DNA of 64,000 nt from Eledone cirrhosa (taxonomy: Eukaryota): the NCBI GenBank assembly GCA_964016885.1, contig OZ024741.1, positions 401,884,001-401,948,000 of the forward strand. The letters are read 5' to 3'. The translations under genes and the position numbers were made by a program. The notes beneath the pieces were generated by a model, which saw nothing but the letters and a program-made list of their open reading frames with translations, was not told where the DNA came from and made no database searches. Every line of letters starts with the position of its first letter. Position 1 is the stretch's first letter. Shown piece by piece: positions 25,227 through 38,827 of this stretch.

Positions 25227-26225
25227 TAGATCTCTATATAAGACTACCAGAAGGATTTCTAACAAGACCCAAGGGATCTCCATATAAGACAAACACTGGA
25301 TCCAGTATATCTTCATATAAGACTACCAGAGGGATATGTTTATATAAGACGGGTAAATACAAGGAAGATTATGCTTTGCAGAGGAGGTTAAATAAGACGA
25401 AAAAGTGGAAACTAAGCCAAAATCAGTTCTGTATGAACAGGATATAGTCATCTGACCTGGCTTGACTAACAGGACAACTCACCCAGCCCATGGTAGCGCG
25501 GAAAAATGAACGTCAAACGGTGATGATGATGATATATCTCGGAGCTGTCACTATTTAACCAAGATCAGACTCACTTTCCACATCATACCAGTTTTTCATC
25601 AATTTTAATTTCAGAGTTTTCTCCCTTGTATTTGAAGAGCTTCAAGTTATTGGGTTTTATTTTCATATCGCATCTAAGCTTTAGATTGAACATTTATAAG
25701 TATGTTGGCCCCCAGTTAAATTTAAATTATATTTAGTTTGCTCTTCTGGTCCAAGAAATCGATCTAATACTTTTCCTTTTAATCAACCCAAGCAAGGAAA
25801 AGTGGACATAAAACAAAATAAAAAGTATACGGTATCATACAACCACTTTCATTAGTAAACATTATTCTGATAGAATCTTAAGAACTACTTGTTCCTCAAA
25901 CTTAAATTTATAAGTAATGACTTATCTATGGTAAAATGACTGCAGTTAAGATCTGGTCATGGAAGCATACTAAACCAAGTAGTTTAAGTAGTCCTGAGGA
26001 TAAAGAATATGTGATAATGTAACCACTATACTCTTAATTAAAAATGGAATTAGTTATAAAAAATAAAGTTGATGCTTAATTCTATATAAACATTTAAAGT
26101 CATTGGAATACTTGTGTGTGTATACATATATGTGAGAGTAGATATGAGGTGCATCTTTGTAACATGACATGTCTTAGGCATTTAAACCTGGTGGGGCCAT
26201 TCTTCTCCAGGATGTATGTATGCAT

Positions 26226-26256
<31 letters not shown>

Positions 26257-26351
26257 TGTCTGAGAAGACCTGTAAAAATGCTTGTAAGTGATATATGATG
26301 ATTATATATAATAATAATCATAATTTTGTCTATTTCCCCATGCTGGCTTAT

Positions 26352-26616
26352 ATCATCATCATCATTTAACATCTATCTTCCATGCTAGCATGGGCTAGAC
26401 AGGAATTCTCCCATTTGAGGTAAGATTGGCCGGGTGACCGTGTCTCGCTCGTATAGGACTATCTGGCAGATTTTCTACGATTGGCTGCCCTTCCTAACAC
26501 CAACCATATTTACAGTGTGTATTGGGAGCTTTTTACCATGTTACCTACACAACCACATTACAGCATGGACTGTTTTTTTGTCGTGACACCTACACGACCT
26601 CATTAGTTTGGACTGG
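26352..26616 (-). mobile_element. RTE family 1 3'UTR fragment; similar tails at about 16380-16940, 27557-27682, 36860-37170, 43945-44490, 50959-51340, 60085-60255
   Basis: Contains a match to the GGATGCCCTTCCTAACACCAACC motif and a (CAT)n end. Confidence 0.85.
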
Positions 26617-26630
26617 ATATATATATATAT

Positions 26631-27042
26631 GAAGGCGCATGGCTTAGTGGTTAAAGCATTGGGCTTGCAATCGAAAGGTTGTGAGTTCAATTCTCGGACG
26701 GGGTGATGTGTTGTTTCCTTGAGCAAGACACTTTATTTCATATTGCTCCAGTGTACTCAGCTGTAGAAATGAGATGATAGGACTGGGGTCCCTATCATTC
26801 CACTGCAAAAAAGCACCCGGCCCACACTGTAGAGTGGACGTGTAGGCGCCACGGAAAAAAAGCACCCAGCACTCACTGTAAATGAGGCCGGTGTTAAGAG
26901 GGGCATCCAGCTGTAGAAATCAAGCCAGAATCAGTTCCCGTATGAGCAAGACAAGGTCAGCTGACCGGACACTGCCCACAACAGGACAACCCGTCTAACC
27001 CATGCTAGCATGGAAGAACAGACGTAAAACGGTAATGATGAT
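26631..27042 (+). mobile_element. full-length tRNA-derived SINE with RTE-type tail
   Basis: A box TGGCTTAGTGG, B box GAGTTCAATTC, central CCTTGAGCAAGACACTT domain, tail shared with the RTE-1 3'UTR, (GAT)n end. Confidence 0.9.
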
Positions 27043-27762
27043 ATGAGTGGAAAAAATGCTCTTATTTTGCTAAGGTGCAATATTCTCATGGATGTATTAG
27101 AAAATCAATATTTCTATCAATTTTTTCCTAAAGATACATTGATCTGTACTTCAGTGCCACCTAAATTATTGACTATTGATCTTTAACCGATTAATTCATT
27201 GTGTGCTGGCACTAGGCTTATCCCTATTGAAACATTTGTAGAGATTAAAGATGAAATTTGATTAACAACCTTAGTTTCTTGTTTTATTTTTAACTACACA
27301 CACACACTATCATTTCCGTTTAATGTCAATTTTTCCACGCTTGCATAGCTTGCTCCGGTGAGGGCTGTAAATTTGGCCGGGTACTTTACAGCTGGATGCC
27401 CTTCCTAACACCAAGCACGTTTATATACACATCATATACGCGAATGGCAAAACATAAATGAACTAAGTGAGAAATTAGGAATAAGAGGGATCAGATGCTG
27501 TTTACTTGAGAGAAGACTACACTGGTATGGTCACCTGATGTGCATAAAAGACGACAGAAAACCTGCCAGATAGTCCTATACGAGCGAGACATGGTCACCC
27601 AACCAACCTTGCCTCAAGTGGGACAATTCCCGTCTAACCCATGCTAGCGTGGAAGATAGACGTTAAACTATGATGATGATGATCATCATCATTTAATGTC
27701 CATCTTCCACGCTAGCAATTAAAGAAGTTTGAAACAAACCAAGAAATGAAAATATCACTTAC

Positions 27763-27856
27763 CCACTTGTTCTTTTGTTATATGAGCCAGGGAAAGAGCA
27801 TCTACTTTGTCTTTTTCAGCTGGAGGGATACCTGTTCCATCAATTTGATTCATCAA
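27763..27856 (-). CDS. RNF115/RNF126-like: RNF115/RNF126-like exon (LMNQIDGTGIPPAEKDKVDALSLAHITKEQV)
   Basis: Acceptor ttgctttttag, donor GTAAGT; 94 nt, phase 0 to 1; resembles LLNQ..TGPPPADKEKI.AL of RNF126/115. Confidence 0.95.
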
Positions 27857-27949
27857 CTAAAAAGCAAGTAAAATAGGAATTTACTCGTAACTTAAAACAA
27901 TTTCCATCATTAATTTGTCGTTTTTCCATGTTTATACAGGATGAACTGA

Positions 27950-29070
27950 CCGTCTCCAGCACAGCCTCTTGCCTTTTATTCATGTCTTTTCCATGTTTCA
28001 ACCTCCTGAGATCTATGTTCACCACTTCTCATATCTTCCTTTACCACTTTTTCTAATGTCTTCCTTCATCTTCTTCTGTAGATTCCTTCCACTTGGCACT
28101 TCTTTACCTATTCTGTTATCCATATGGATCACGTCCATACCAGTGCAGTCATCACTCTTACACACTGCATCTAATTCTTCTTATACCAAATCTTCCTCAA
28201 TTCATTTGTGCTGTAACTTTCATGCACCTTAAAATTACATATAAAGTAGAGCATACAGGCCTCATTTCTTTCTAGTCTTCCCACACTGCCCACATTTAAT
28301 GTCACCATTGCACTTCTTATACTAACATTATGCAATATGTTCTTCACTTTGAGAAAAATAAAAGCCCTTTTCTAGTTAGCAGAAGTAACAGTTCATTTTT
28401 CGCCATATTCTTACTCTACTTTCTATAAACCCATCAACACATAGCTAAGACACTTTCAACTACTGGGTATACCAGATTTAACCTCGTCTTCATAACATTA
28501 AGTAATCATTCTCACTAATAAACATTTTCTGTCTTTACAAGACTTACTTTGAGCTATCCCAATTCCAGGTTTTGTTTCCACATTTAGAGGTTTCTCTAAA
28601 TCTTTGGTAGATTCAGAGATAAGAACTAGGTTAATGGCATTCAAGAGTTCCCACAGGCAACCGGTTTTAAACTCCTACTATTGGCTGAGGAACCATAATA
28701 AACATTAGAAGACTGGGAACTGGGTTCTAATGAACACTAAATTCCTCATAGAACCCATTGCTCACTCACATCTTGCTGACAGTATCTCTGTACATAGTTT
28801 GTGCAACTTTCACAATCCATTTATCAGATAGTTTCCTGAGTAACAACAGACTACAGAGGGTGATACCCTATCACAAGCCTTCTCCAGGTCAACACTAAAT
28901 ATAGTGGTCTGCTCTTAGCTAAGAGATTCCACAGTAATTGTCTCACTAAGAAGCTTTCAGTGGTACGCTATCCTGGTACACACCAAAACTGTATCTCATC
29001 TACAACATAATTCTTACTTTTGTATCATAGTCCACCATCTTGGCATCTTTACAGTAGCATCTTTCACAAA
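27950..29070 (-). mobile_element. old, heavily decayed RTE fragment
   Basis: Remnants of DLEKA.DR.., WELL and C-terminal motifs on the minus strand. Confidence 0.55.
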
Positions 29071-30958
29071 CACTTCCTTTGCCTTTCTAATAATTCATTT
29101 TAAAAAATAAACAAAAATATAGCCCCCACTTGCAACCAAGGATGGCTTTCATTCAGGGTTTTAGGTGCCCCTGCAGTCATAGGAGAGACTCTCTTAACCA
29201 CTCCTTTTCTTGATCCAGGGTGTGACAGCTGGAAGGAGAGTGAAGGGTCTAGGCTGGTTCTTTATCAACCCCCAAAAGGTTGAAAGGCAAGAGTAGACCT
29301 CTGTGGGATATGACCAGAACAACAGATCCGACTGTCAAATCAATCACCTAATAATTTATGATACCACAATGAAAATAGGTGAGAATGACTAGCATGTGTC
29401 CTACTTCAGCTATTTTCAGTATCTTGACAGCTATCCTGATAATTTAACTGCTATCCCAACATCTGTGTCTAATTAAACTCTCAACTACGTGGCTGTCAAC
29501 TTAAATAGCTAGTACCATCTGTAGGGTTCACTATAAAAATCCCCTCTCCCCCATTTATAGCAACCTCTTGTAATAATATTTCCATACCTCTCTCTTCTTA
29601 GCACCAATAATACCAATTCCATAACTATCAGTCTATGTACACATTTCCCCAATGTCTTCATTTAGGTTGTCATACTGCTACACAATTCACAAACATCTCA
29701 TATCTCGGATTTGTTTCAAAACACTGGCAAATCTCTTACTTCCAACTTCTCTTTATGCTATATCAACCCAACATCTAACAAGCTAATAATACTATCCCTT
29801 GCTTTTCATGCCTGTCTCTTAGATTTTATGGCTCTATCTACAATACTAATTCAACACTATTTCACCATCCACAAATATTTTCTCCAGATTGTATTATGTC
29901 TCTAGCCATTATCCTGAGGTCACTGGTATATTCTTCTTTAAGAAAGGACTATGCATTCATAATCAGTTTCCTGTTCCTAGTATCAAATCTACTTGGTTTG
30001 CATATTGGCATGATTCATAAATGATCACATTGTTGACAAATTTTCTTCATGTGGTCTATGGCTAAAAAAAGTCTAAAGTCTGTCTCAAGCCCAGAAGCTT
30101 ATCAGTCCAGTGTTTATCCCAGTTTCTGTGGCATTAAGTAACTGAGAGTTCACGACCCCACCTGGACAGGATGCCAGTCCATCATTGGGTTAGATACCCC
30201 AGCTAATGCTGACACTTATTTTCAGCAGAGTATACTGAACTAACAACATCATGATCCATTAGGCCTATAACTAACCTAAGCTTAATTATTCTATCATATT
30301 GTGAAGATATGTTAAGAAATTTGCTTTGCAACCACATGGTTTGCAGTTTAATCCCAGTGTGGCACTTTGAAGAAGTGTCTTTTACTAACCTGAGGCTGAC
30401 CAATGCTTTGTGAGTTTAATTGGTAGATGGAAACTGTGTAGAAGCCTGTTGTATGTGTGTGTCCAGCCAATGTATGCTTATGTCATGTAGCTTAACAGTT
30501 CAACATACAAAGATCAGCACATTACTTAAAACTAATGCTCAGCATCAAGAAAGGCCTCTATCAGTAAAAAGAAACTGGCTCAAAACTATCCTGTTCAACT
30601 TGTGCTGATATAAAAAAGCAGATAATTATGACAACTATCTCAGTTTATCTATCCCACAGCCAATTATATAACTACTAACCTATCTAACCCATGAAGGGTC
30701 TAGCTGAGGTTCCACTACTTCTTACTTCTTCAACACAGACACATCCACTCATCTTCATTCTATCATCTCTACAATTTCTCTCTAAACCTACCTTACATTG
30801 TGCCAGTGTTGGTGGAGATAGACCTGAAGTAGCTGTCAGGATGGAGAAAAGTTTCCAGTGGTGGGTGGGTTGTTTGATGTCTTTTCTGCATCTGAAAGGA
30901 AGAGAGTTTGTGCGATCGTTTGATGACGGTCGAGGGGTTCTCAAATATTTGCCAGATA

Positions 30959-31134
30959 TTCTCACCCGACCACCCCACCGAGGTACACAGAACTAACATG
31001 GTGTTAGTCCTGTACATGTTCTCAGCCGACCACTCCACCATGGTATACAGAACTAACATGGTGTTAGTCCTGTACATGTTCTCACCCGACCACCCCACCG
31101 AGGTACACAGAACTAACATCGTCTTAGTCCTGTA
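30959..31134. repeat. 60-bp tandem repeat, 3 units
   Basis: Unit ctcacccgaccaccccaccgaggtacacagaactaacatggtgttagtcctgtacatgtt. Confidence 0.9.
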
Positions 31135-31811
31135 GATGCAATTAAGCTTTGTCATTGTATTTCTAACTCCTGATTTTAGCTTGGTTTTATTAGTTGGATG
31201 CCCTTCCTATCACCAACTACTATATAACAGACTCTGTACCTTTTATAATGCCACTAGCACTACAGATGTTATCTCTTGTCTGTCAGAACTAAAGTGTCTC
31301 TACTATATTGTCAGATGTTATTCCCAAGCCATGGAAAGCTGACATATTAATTATATTAACTGCTTACCTAAACAGGTGACTTTCACTGTAGTTTATAGAG
31401 TCTTACCTCATACATTTAAATACAGTCGCAACCCTTCTATCCAGGACACCTTCATATTACCTCATATCTCTCAACGCTGCTTTAGGTAAGGGGGGTACTT
31501 AGAGTAGACTGGCTGTCTCTCCTTGATGTTTCTAAGAGCACTTAAGAGTGTAGCAGTAGAAGGAGGGGCAGAGTTTGGGCTAGGCTGGTGGCTTTATTTA
31601 GATGAATTCCTAGAAGTGAAGGATGAGGTGACTGCTGACCAATAGGTTGGAGTAATTGGACTAATCACAGCTGGTTGTACTTGGCATGATTAGGGTTGGG
31701 TATCCCCATCCTAATAGTTAAACATATTGTGTATATTGGTTTCATAGACTGCTTAACATGCATTAATCAAATATTTCTAAACATTGAAAGAAGTTGGTGA
31801 TTTTAGTGATA

Positions 31812-32004
31812 AATAATAATTGTTTCTACTTTTTGGCACAAGGCCAGCAATTACCCAGTATATTACTGGTACTTTATTTTATCGACCTCGTAAGGATGAA
31901 AGGCAAAGTCAACCTCGGCGGGATTTGAACTCAGATCGTAAAGGGACGTAACTATGCTAGAAAGCATGTCTGACCCTCTACCGATACTGCCAATTATAAT
32001 AATG
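31812..32004 (-). mobile_element. tRNA-SINE family 2 (left arm of inverted pair)
   Basis: A box TGGCAGTATCGG, B box GAGTTCAAATCCC, core TTTGCCTTTCATCCTT..GTCGATAAAA, (ATT)n tail. Confidence 0.85.
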
Positions 32005-32129
32005 CTAACGATATTTTATCTTAACTTCCATCCAAATTTGCAAATCCATTATATGCTTATCTGTAGTTTTTCACTTAGGTCCCTTGTGATAGGAAAGCAA
32101 ACATCTTATTGCAACATGACTGACATAGG

Positions 32130-32392
32130 AAATATGACCTAGGCATTACTGTCAGCAGCGATTTGCGTTGGACAAAGCACATCTCTAAAATTGTCAAGAA
32201 GGCCGAGGGTGTCTTGGCATCACTCAGCAAGACCTTTGTTAACCGCTCTCCAGCCATCTAATTAAAGCTGTATACAGCTATGGTACGACCACACTTGGAA
32301 TTCGCATCATCAATCTGGAACCCCTATCTTGCTCAGAACATTGACCTCCTGGAAACTGTTCAGAGACGTGCAACCAAGCGCATACCCTCCAT
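32130..32392 (+). mobile_element. CR1 ORF2 fragment, same family as 19480-23576
   Basis: Matches 22861-23119 (RPHLEFAS..LETVQRRATKRIPSI). Confidence 0.9.
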
Positions 32393-32584
32393 CATTATTA
32401 TAATTGGCAGTATCGGTAGAGGGTCAGACATGCTTTCTAGCATAGTTACGTCCCTTTACGATCTGAGTTCAAATCCCGCCGAGGTTAACTTTGCCTTTCA
32501 TCCTTACGGGGTAGATAAAATAAAGTACCAGTAATGCACTGGGTATTTGCTGGCCTTGTGCCTAAAGTAGAAACAATTATTATT
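32393..32584 (+). mobile_element. tRNA-SINE family 2 (right arm of inverted pair); decayed copy at about 51370-51520
   Basis: Reverse complement of 31812-32004 with few mismatches. Confidence 0.85.
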
Positions 32585-33713
32585 ATATATTGTGTATGTA
32601 GGCGTTACAAGCCAAAACAAAGCTTACTAGCAAAACCTAGTCCCCTGACTGGTCTGGTCTCAGCATGTGACAGCTATCTAACCCATGCAAGCATGGAAAA
32701 TAGACATTAAACTGTATGAATGATGATACAGTGTATTATTTAAAATTTCTAGAAATTAAAAGTTCTTAATTTAAGTAATAAACAATAATGGGAATTTATC
32801 TCAATTTCCCATCAAACTTTGGTGACATGGTATCTGAAATAAATTACCTAAAAGATAAACCTTACAAAAACAGAATAAGAATATCAACATGAAATGCAGA
32901 AAATAGATGTTTAAAAAACTCCATTAGTTTACAAACTAGACTTGCAGCTACTTTAAAACATAATCTTACATACACCACAATATTCTAGTTTCCATCAATT
33001 TATGTTATATTTTTTAAAACCAATTTCACATCCAAATAGCTTGCAGTCAAAAACCCAACATTTAACTAAATTCTGACTTTACCACTACCACCACTACTAC
33101 AACCACTACCACTACTACTATTGCTGGTATTACAACTACTGCTGCCACTACTACCTTGCTGACTAAAGTTTGCCAGGCATGTGGTTAGCAGTAGAAAAAA
33201 CATCCAGTTATAAATTCATCTCCTTCAATATGAAATATCCCACTCATGCACATTTACAAAAATAAAAATAAAATTTTAAAAATTAAACACTTGGAAAGCC
33301 TTAAAGCAGCATTAAATTTTATTATCTTTTTTTTTTTTTAAATATTTAAAATTTAAATTTGAAAATTTATAATAATTAATGGTGGTATGGATTGATGAAA
33401 ATATGTGAAGGGCGTGCTCAGTAAAGGTGTAGAAATGGTAGTGGGGTGGGGGGTGTTGAACAAATAGATAAAATTGTGTACTAGTTGAGATGGTGAAGTG
33501 GGCTTGGGGTAAATTGTAAGAAATTGGAGTAAAGCTTTTGGTAATGTCTCAGTCTTAAATGTTGGAATGCTCTTGTCTTTCCTAGTCTCCACCTCAAAAT
33601 AACATCTATCGTTATCTTATCAAGTACATGTATGCATTGATGAAATAATTAGTTATTTGGAATATTCTGCAGGAGGTATATATATATACAAACATAGTTA
33701 ACAGTGTGTTAAG

Positions 33714-34295
33714 TTAACCCGTTACCATTTCCATTACTCTCTATATATATATGGAGGCACATGGCTTAGTGGTTAGAGCATTGGTCTTGCAATCGAAAGG
33801 TTGTGAGTTCAATTCTCAGACCGGGTGATGTGTTGTTTCTTTGAGCAAGACACTTTATTTCACATTGCTCCAGTTTACTCAGCTGTAGAAATGAGATGAT
33901 AGGGACTGGGGTCCCTTTCATTCCACTGCAAAGTGGTCGTGGAGGTACCACGGCAAAAAAAAAAAAAAGCACCCAGCACTCACTGTAAAATGGATGTGTA
34001 GACACCATGGAAAAAAAAAACCGCCAAGCACTCACTGTAAATGAGGTTGGTGTTAGGAAGGGCATCCAGCTGTAGAAATCAAGCCAGAATCAGTTCCTGT
34101 CCCACCCTTGCAAGCAGGGAAAAGCGGACGTAAAATGAGGATGATGATATATATATATATACTATTGTATTTTCACAATAAACAGTTTATCTCTCATAAT
34201 GTTGAATCTATGAGATTTTGATATTTCTTTTGAGAACAATACCTTAACATCAATATGAGTGGCCAAATATGACCAGTTTAAATGTTAAAGGGTTA
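33714..34295. mobile_element. TTAA MITE interrupted by a tRNA-SINE (33753-34148, + strand)
   Basis: ttaacccgttaccattt..[SINE in TA run]..aaatgttaaagggttaa; the SINE matches 26631. Confidence 0.8.
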
Positions 34296-34977
34296 AGCCA
34301 ATGTTTCATACTGAGCAAATTTCTTATGAATGTTGGAATAAAAACAGATTTGTCTTCATTTAATCGCTCAAGTTAAATTGAGATACTTGCTTCAAAAATT
34401 CACATTCAAACAAGAATTCCCTTATTTATTAGGATAAGACAAACTTTTAGGACTTTATATTTATGAGTGAATGATGAAGCTATGACAGTCACAGTCACTT
34501 GGCCTGCTAGAATTGACAGCTAAATCCCTAGGTCTTACCCTAACATGATAAAAGTAGCTGCATACACCATATAAAGTAATCCTGAATATAAATATGCCAA
34601 AAGTGAATACTGAATGGTCAGTCAAATGCCAGTCAAATGATGTCTGATACAAAGAAATGTTTTGCAAGTCACATAAAACAAACTATAAACTTTGTAAGGG
34701 CTTTTTTGAAAATATTCAAATACAATGAAATAAGATTGTTTACAAAACTGCACATAATACACAACACAATGTATGAGGAACGCTGTTCTATCATAGTGTC
34801 ATCTTTGTCACAGCTATCAGGTCAGATATTATAGCTTAAAGAATGGCTTTACTTAAAAGTCCAAGTGCAAAACTAAGAGAAACATCTGTAGCCTCAGTTA
34901 ATGGTTTCAGTCACTGGATTGCTGACCATACTGAGGCACCACTTTTTGGGAGGGATTACTTCATATAGACTGGAGTA

Positions 34978-35278
34978 CAGTGGAACCACGGTTCAGAAAC
35001 TTAATTCCTTCCTTAAGGCCATTCGTCACTCGAAATGTTTGTAAACTGAAATTATTTGTCCCATGCGTAATGTTGAGAGAGAGGTTGTGTGTAACTAACT
35101 ACACAGCAAGTGACTCTTTCTTGCTCATTCTCCCAGCTTGTTGCCAACCATTGTTGCAGGCTTGTGTGTTCGTTCCTAGAGACACCATTCATCATCTGAA
35201 ACGTTTTATGTTCAGAAAACTTGTCCCTGAACCAACCTTGTTCGTGATGAGAGGCATTAGTGAACTGAGGTACCACTG
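34978..35278. mobile_element. Tc1/mariner (pogo/Tigger-like) MITE
   Basis: TA-CAGTGGAACCACGGTTCA ... TGAACTGAGGTACCACTG-TA. Confidence 0.8.
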
Positions 35279-35484
35279 TACTTATTTTCACTTTTTACAG
35301 GAAAAATAAACAAAAAACCAAGCAACACTATCAGCCAGCTATAACTATATCTCAATCTATACTTAAGGTAGATGATTGATGGAACAAATTACAAGACATT
35401 AAACAAATGCACTGATTGTTAAGCTGTGTAAAACACAGACAGCCACACACACACACGTAATTATATTTATCTATCCAATAATTG

Positions 35485-36830
35485 TCATCATCTTCATTCT
35501 TGCTGTTCCACGTTTACATAGGTTGGAGAGGCCCTTCTCAGTACACCATCTCTCCACTTGTCACATTCCTTTGTCATCTGTGAACTTCAGTGATCTGAGA
35601 TCAACTCTCACCACTTCCATCCAGGTTTTCCTTGGTCTTCCTCTACCATGGCCCTCCTCCACTGGGATTACTTGGTACTTCTTTACCCAATGATCACCAT
35701 CCAGGCACATCGCATATCCATATCATCGCAGTTTCCTCGTGTATGTTACATCTGATTCTTCTTATAACTAGTTTCTCTCTGTTCATCTATGTGTTGGCTT
35801 TCTTACACATCGAAGCATGCTTGCCTCATTTCTCTCCAACCATCACATCCTTTGCTCATAACAGGTTCAAAACAGATTGTAGTTCCCTAAACTTCTTCAA
35901 TCCTATTATTATTCTAGTTACTATGCTCTCAAAACACCCTTCTCTACTACTAATTTTACAACCTAGTTAGCAGAAACTATCAACCACTTCTATGGATCTA
36001 TCCTGGGATAGGAAAAAGTTTATATTATTGGTATTCTTACTATCAATTGATCCTGAACATATACGACATACAAAGTCTTCTTGTTAATTCACTAGTTATC
36101 CCACTTGTCTACCCAAGATTTCCATTGTATATATTGAATAGAGTTTATACCTCCTCCTTGTCTACATATCAAGCATGGTCGTTCCCCTGATGAGATCAGG
36201 ACTATCTTCTTTCTTACTTATTAACACTTTGGTTTTTGTTAAGTATATTCTCAGTCCGTTTTATTCTAAGTTCTGTTTCCACAGCAGGAATTTATTCTCT
36301 AGTTCTTCCACAAATTCATCTATGAAGACACAAGTTCCCATAGACAACCAGTCTTAAATTCCTCTTATGGCCTGGAGGACTATGATAAACAGAAGTGGGT
36401 TAAAATCTGAACCCTGATGCACTCCTACCTGTCCCTTGAATTCCTTACTACACTCACTTTACTGACAGCTCTTCTATATATGGCTTGCACTGCTCTCACA
36501 AGCCACCTTTCTAACCTAGGTTCCTTAAAGACCCCCCAGATGACAAATTGGAGCATTCTGTCAAAGGCTTTCTCTAGATCAACAGAAGCCAGATATAGAA
36601 GCTTCTTCTTAGCTAAGAACTTCTCTCGTAGTTGTCTTACTAAAAAAAAAGACATCTGTGGTGCTCTTCCCAGGTATGAAACTGAACTGCATCTCATCTA
36701 ATTAGTTGTACTAGAACTCTTTCTGTCACTTTTATAACTTGGTCCGTCAGTTTTATTCCCCTCTAGTTGCTCCTTTCTAGAGTATCACCCTTTGTAGCAA
36801 TGAATGATTATGCTGCTGTGCCAGTCACTG
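35485..36830 (-). mobile_element. decayed RTE fragment
   Basis: VRQLREKFLAKKK.LYLA.VDLEKAFDR and downstream remnants. Confidence 0.8.
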
Positions 36831-37194
36831 GCCTAATATATTTGTTGTTGAGGACCCTTTAGTTGTGTCAAGGACATGACAGCTTCCGTAATGGTGATCT
36901 ACACAATAAAAGCATCCAGTACACACTGTAAAATGGTTGGTTTTATGAAAGGCATCCAGCAATAGAAAGCTTGCCAAGTAAGAGGTTAGGAGGACCCTTT
37001 AATTTGTGTCAAAAGACACAACAACAACTTCTCTGCACTCAATATGACCGTATGTAAGCAGGATACAGATCCCTTAGCTTGTCTGGGAAGTCACTAGCCC
37101 CGCTTCAATACTGACTTGGTCTATGTAGACCCATCCAAACTTGCTAGCAGGGAAAGCAGATGATAAATGATAGTAAAGATGATGATTATATATA

Positions 37195-37325
37195 TATTCA
37201 TTTTATTAAGGGTAAATAGTGAGTTTTATCACAGGGTCATCATACAAGTTCTTTTGTAATGACCCTGCGATAAACAGGCGAAACTGCAGAGTAACAGGAC
37301 TATTTAGCCTTAATAAAATGAAATA
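37195..37325. repeat. 130-bp fold-back palindrome
   Basis: ttcattttattaagggtaaatagt pairs with actatttagccttaataaaatgaa; inner tttatcacagggtcat pairs with atgaccctgcgataaa. Confidence 0.75.
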
Positions 37326-37383
37326 TTAAAACTATACATCAGTATTAAGTACTCTTTTCTCTCAGCTGTCAACCACATACAGA

Positions 37384-37942
37384 TCATCATCATCATTTTA
37401 CGTCTGCTTTTCCCTGCTTGCAAGGGTGGGACGGGTCTTATTCAGCACAGCATCTCTCCACTCATCACGGTCCCTCGTCATCTCCACCGTGAGCTTCAAT
37501 GATCTGAGGTCTGTTCTCACCACCTCCGCACATATTTTTCGTGGTCTACCTCTACCACGTCTTCCTTCAACTGGCATTTCCTGGCACTTCTTCACCCATC
37601 GGTCATCCTCCATGCGCATCACATGTCCATACCACCTCAGTCTCCTCTCCCGTACACTACATTCTATCCCTCTCAGACACAGTTTCTCTCTCAACACATT
37701 TATGCTGGGTCGTTCACGTACATTTACACTGCACATCCAACGGAGCATGCTTGCCTCATTTCTCTCCAGCCGTCGCATATCCTCTGCGGTTGCTGCCCAT
37801 GTCTCACTACCATGCAGCATCGCGCTCCTCACACAGGCCATACAACCGGCCTTTCGTACGCAGGGAGAAACCCTTCTTCGTCAACAGAGGAAGCAGCTCC
37901 CTAAACTTCTTCCAACCCGTCCTTATTCTAGATACTATGGCC
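37384..37942 (-). mobile_element. RTE family 2 3' fragment
   Basis: ORF 37398-37841 LHGSETW..ERRLRWYGHV..GRGRP; the stop lies inside the terminal motif. Confidence 0.92.
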
Positions 37943-38049
37943 TAAGAGAGATGGTTTTATTCGTAGATCTTCATTTCACCTAATTCCATTATACGTATAA
38001 TGGAATTAGGTAATAAAATGAACATGTACCAATAAAACCGTCTCTCTTA
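37943..38049. repeat. 107-bp palindrome with perfect 34-bp core (37978-38011)
   Basis: acctaattccattatac|gtataatggaattaggt; outer taagagagatggttttatt pairs with aataaaaccgtctctctta. Confidence 0.85.
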
Positions 38050-38199
38050 TTATACTATAACTCTGGTTGATACTTTACAGAAAAAATACTAAGGAATACA
38101 CTCATTGAGTGCTTTACATCTGTTTACAAAAAAGTCGGTAGATTATTTGATCAACTTTCATGAATCTATATATATATATATATATATATAGGTATCAAA

Positions 38200-38752
38200 T
38201 GTGTTCTGGAGAGGAGATTGCATTGGTATGGCCATGTGATGCATATGAAGGCTGACAGCTGTATAAAAAAGTGCAGGGCAATGAAAATTGATGGAAGCTA
38301 CAGAGTAGGTAGACCAAGAAAAACCTGGGACGAGGTGATAAAAACTGACCTTGCCCACTTACACCTCTCTAAGACAATGTCACTGGATCGAGATCTTTGG
38401 CGCATTGCAGTTGTACAGAAGACCCGACTACCCTTGCATACAAACCTAGTCAGTAGGCACCTCTTAACCCAATGTATACCCCACCCCACACACCCTACTC
38501 CATCCTCTCTTTTTTTTCCATTCCGTCCACTGTGTCGATGACACAACAGTCCACAGTGTAAAGTGGCCGTGTAGGAGACACGGTGAAAAGGCTCTCAGTC
38601 CACACTGTAAATGTGGTTGGTGTTAGGAAGGGCATCCAGCTGTAAAAAATCTGCCAGAGACACTGTCTCCCGACCATTCCCGCATCAAATGGAACAAAAC
38701 CATCTAACTCATGCTAGCATGGAAGATGGACGTTAAACGACGATGATGATGA
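38200..38752 (+). mobile_element. RTE family 1-like 3' end
   Basis: WYGHVMHMK..GRPRKTWDE..DRDLWR..KTRLP plus tail. Confidence 0.9.
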
Positions 38753-38827
38753 TCATCATCATTTTACGTCCGCTTTTCATTGCTTGCAAGGGTGGGATGG
38801 GTCTTATTTGATATATATATAATAATA

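Noticed and set aside
26631-26705. tRNA-like sequence (also 33753, 32400)
   Set aside because: These are SINE heads with A/B boxes continuing into body and tail, not tRNA genes.
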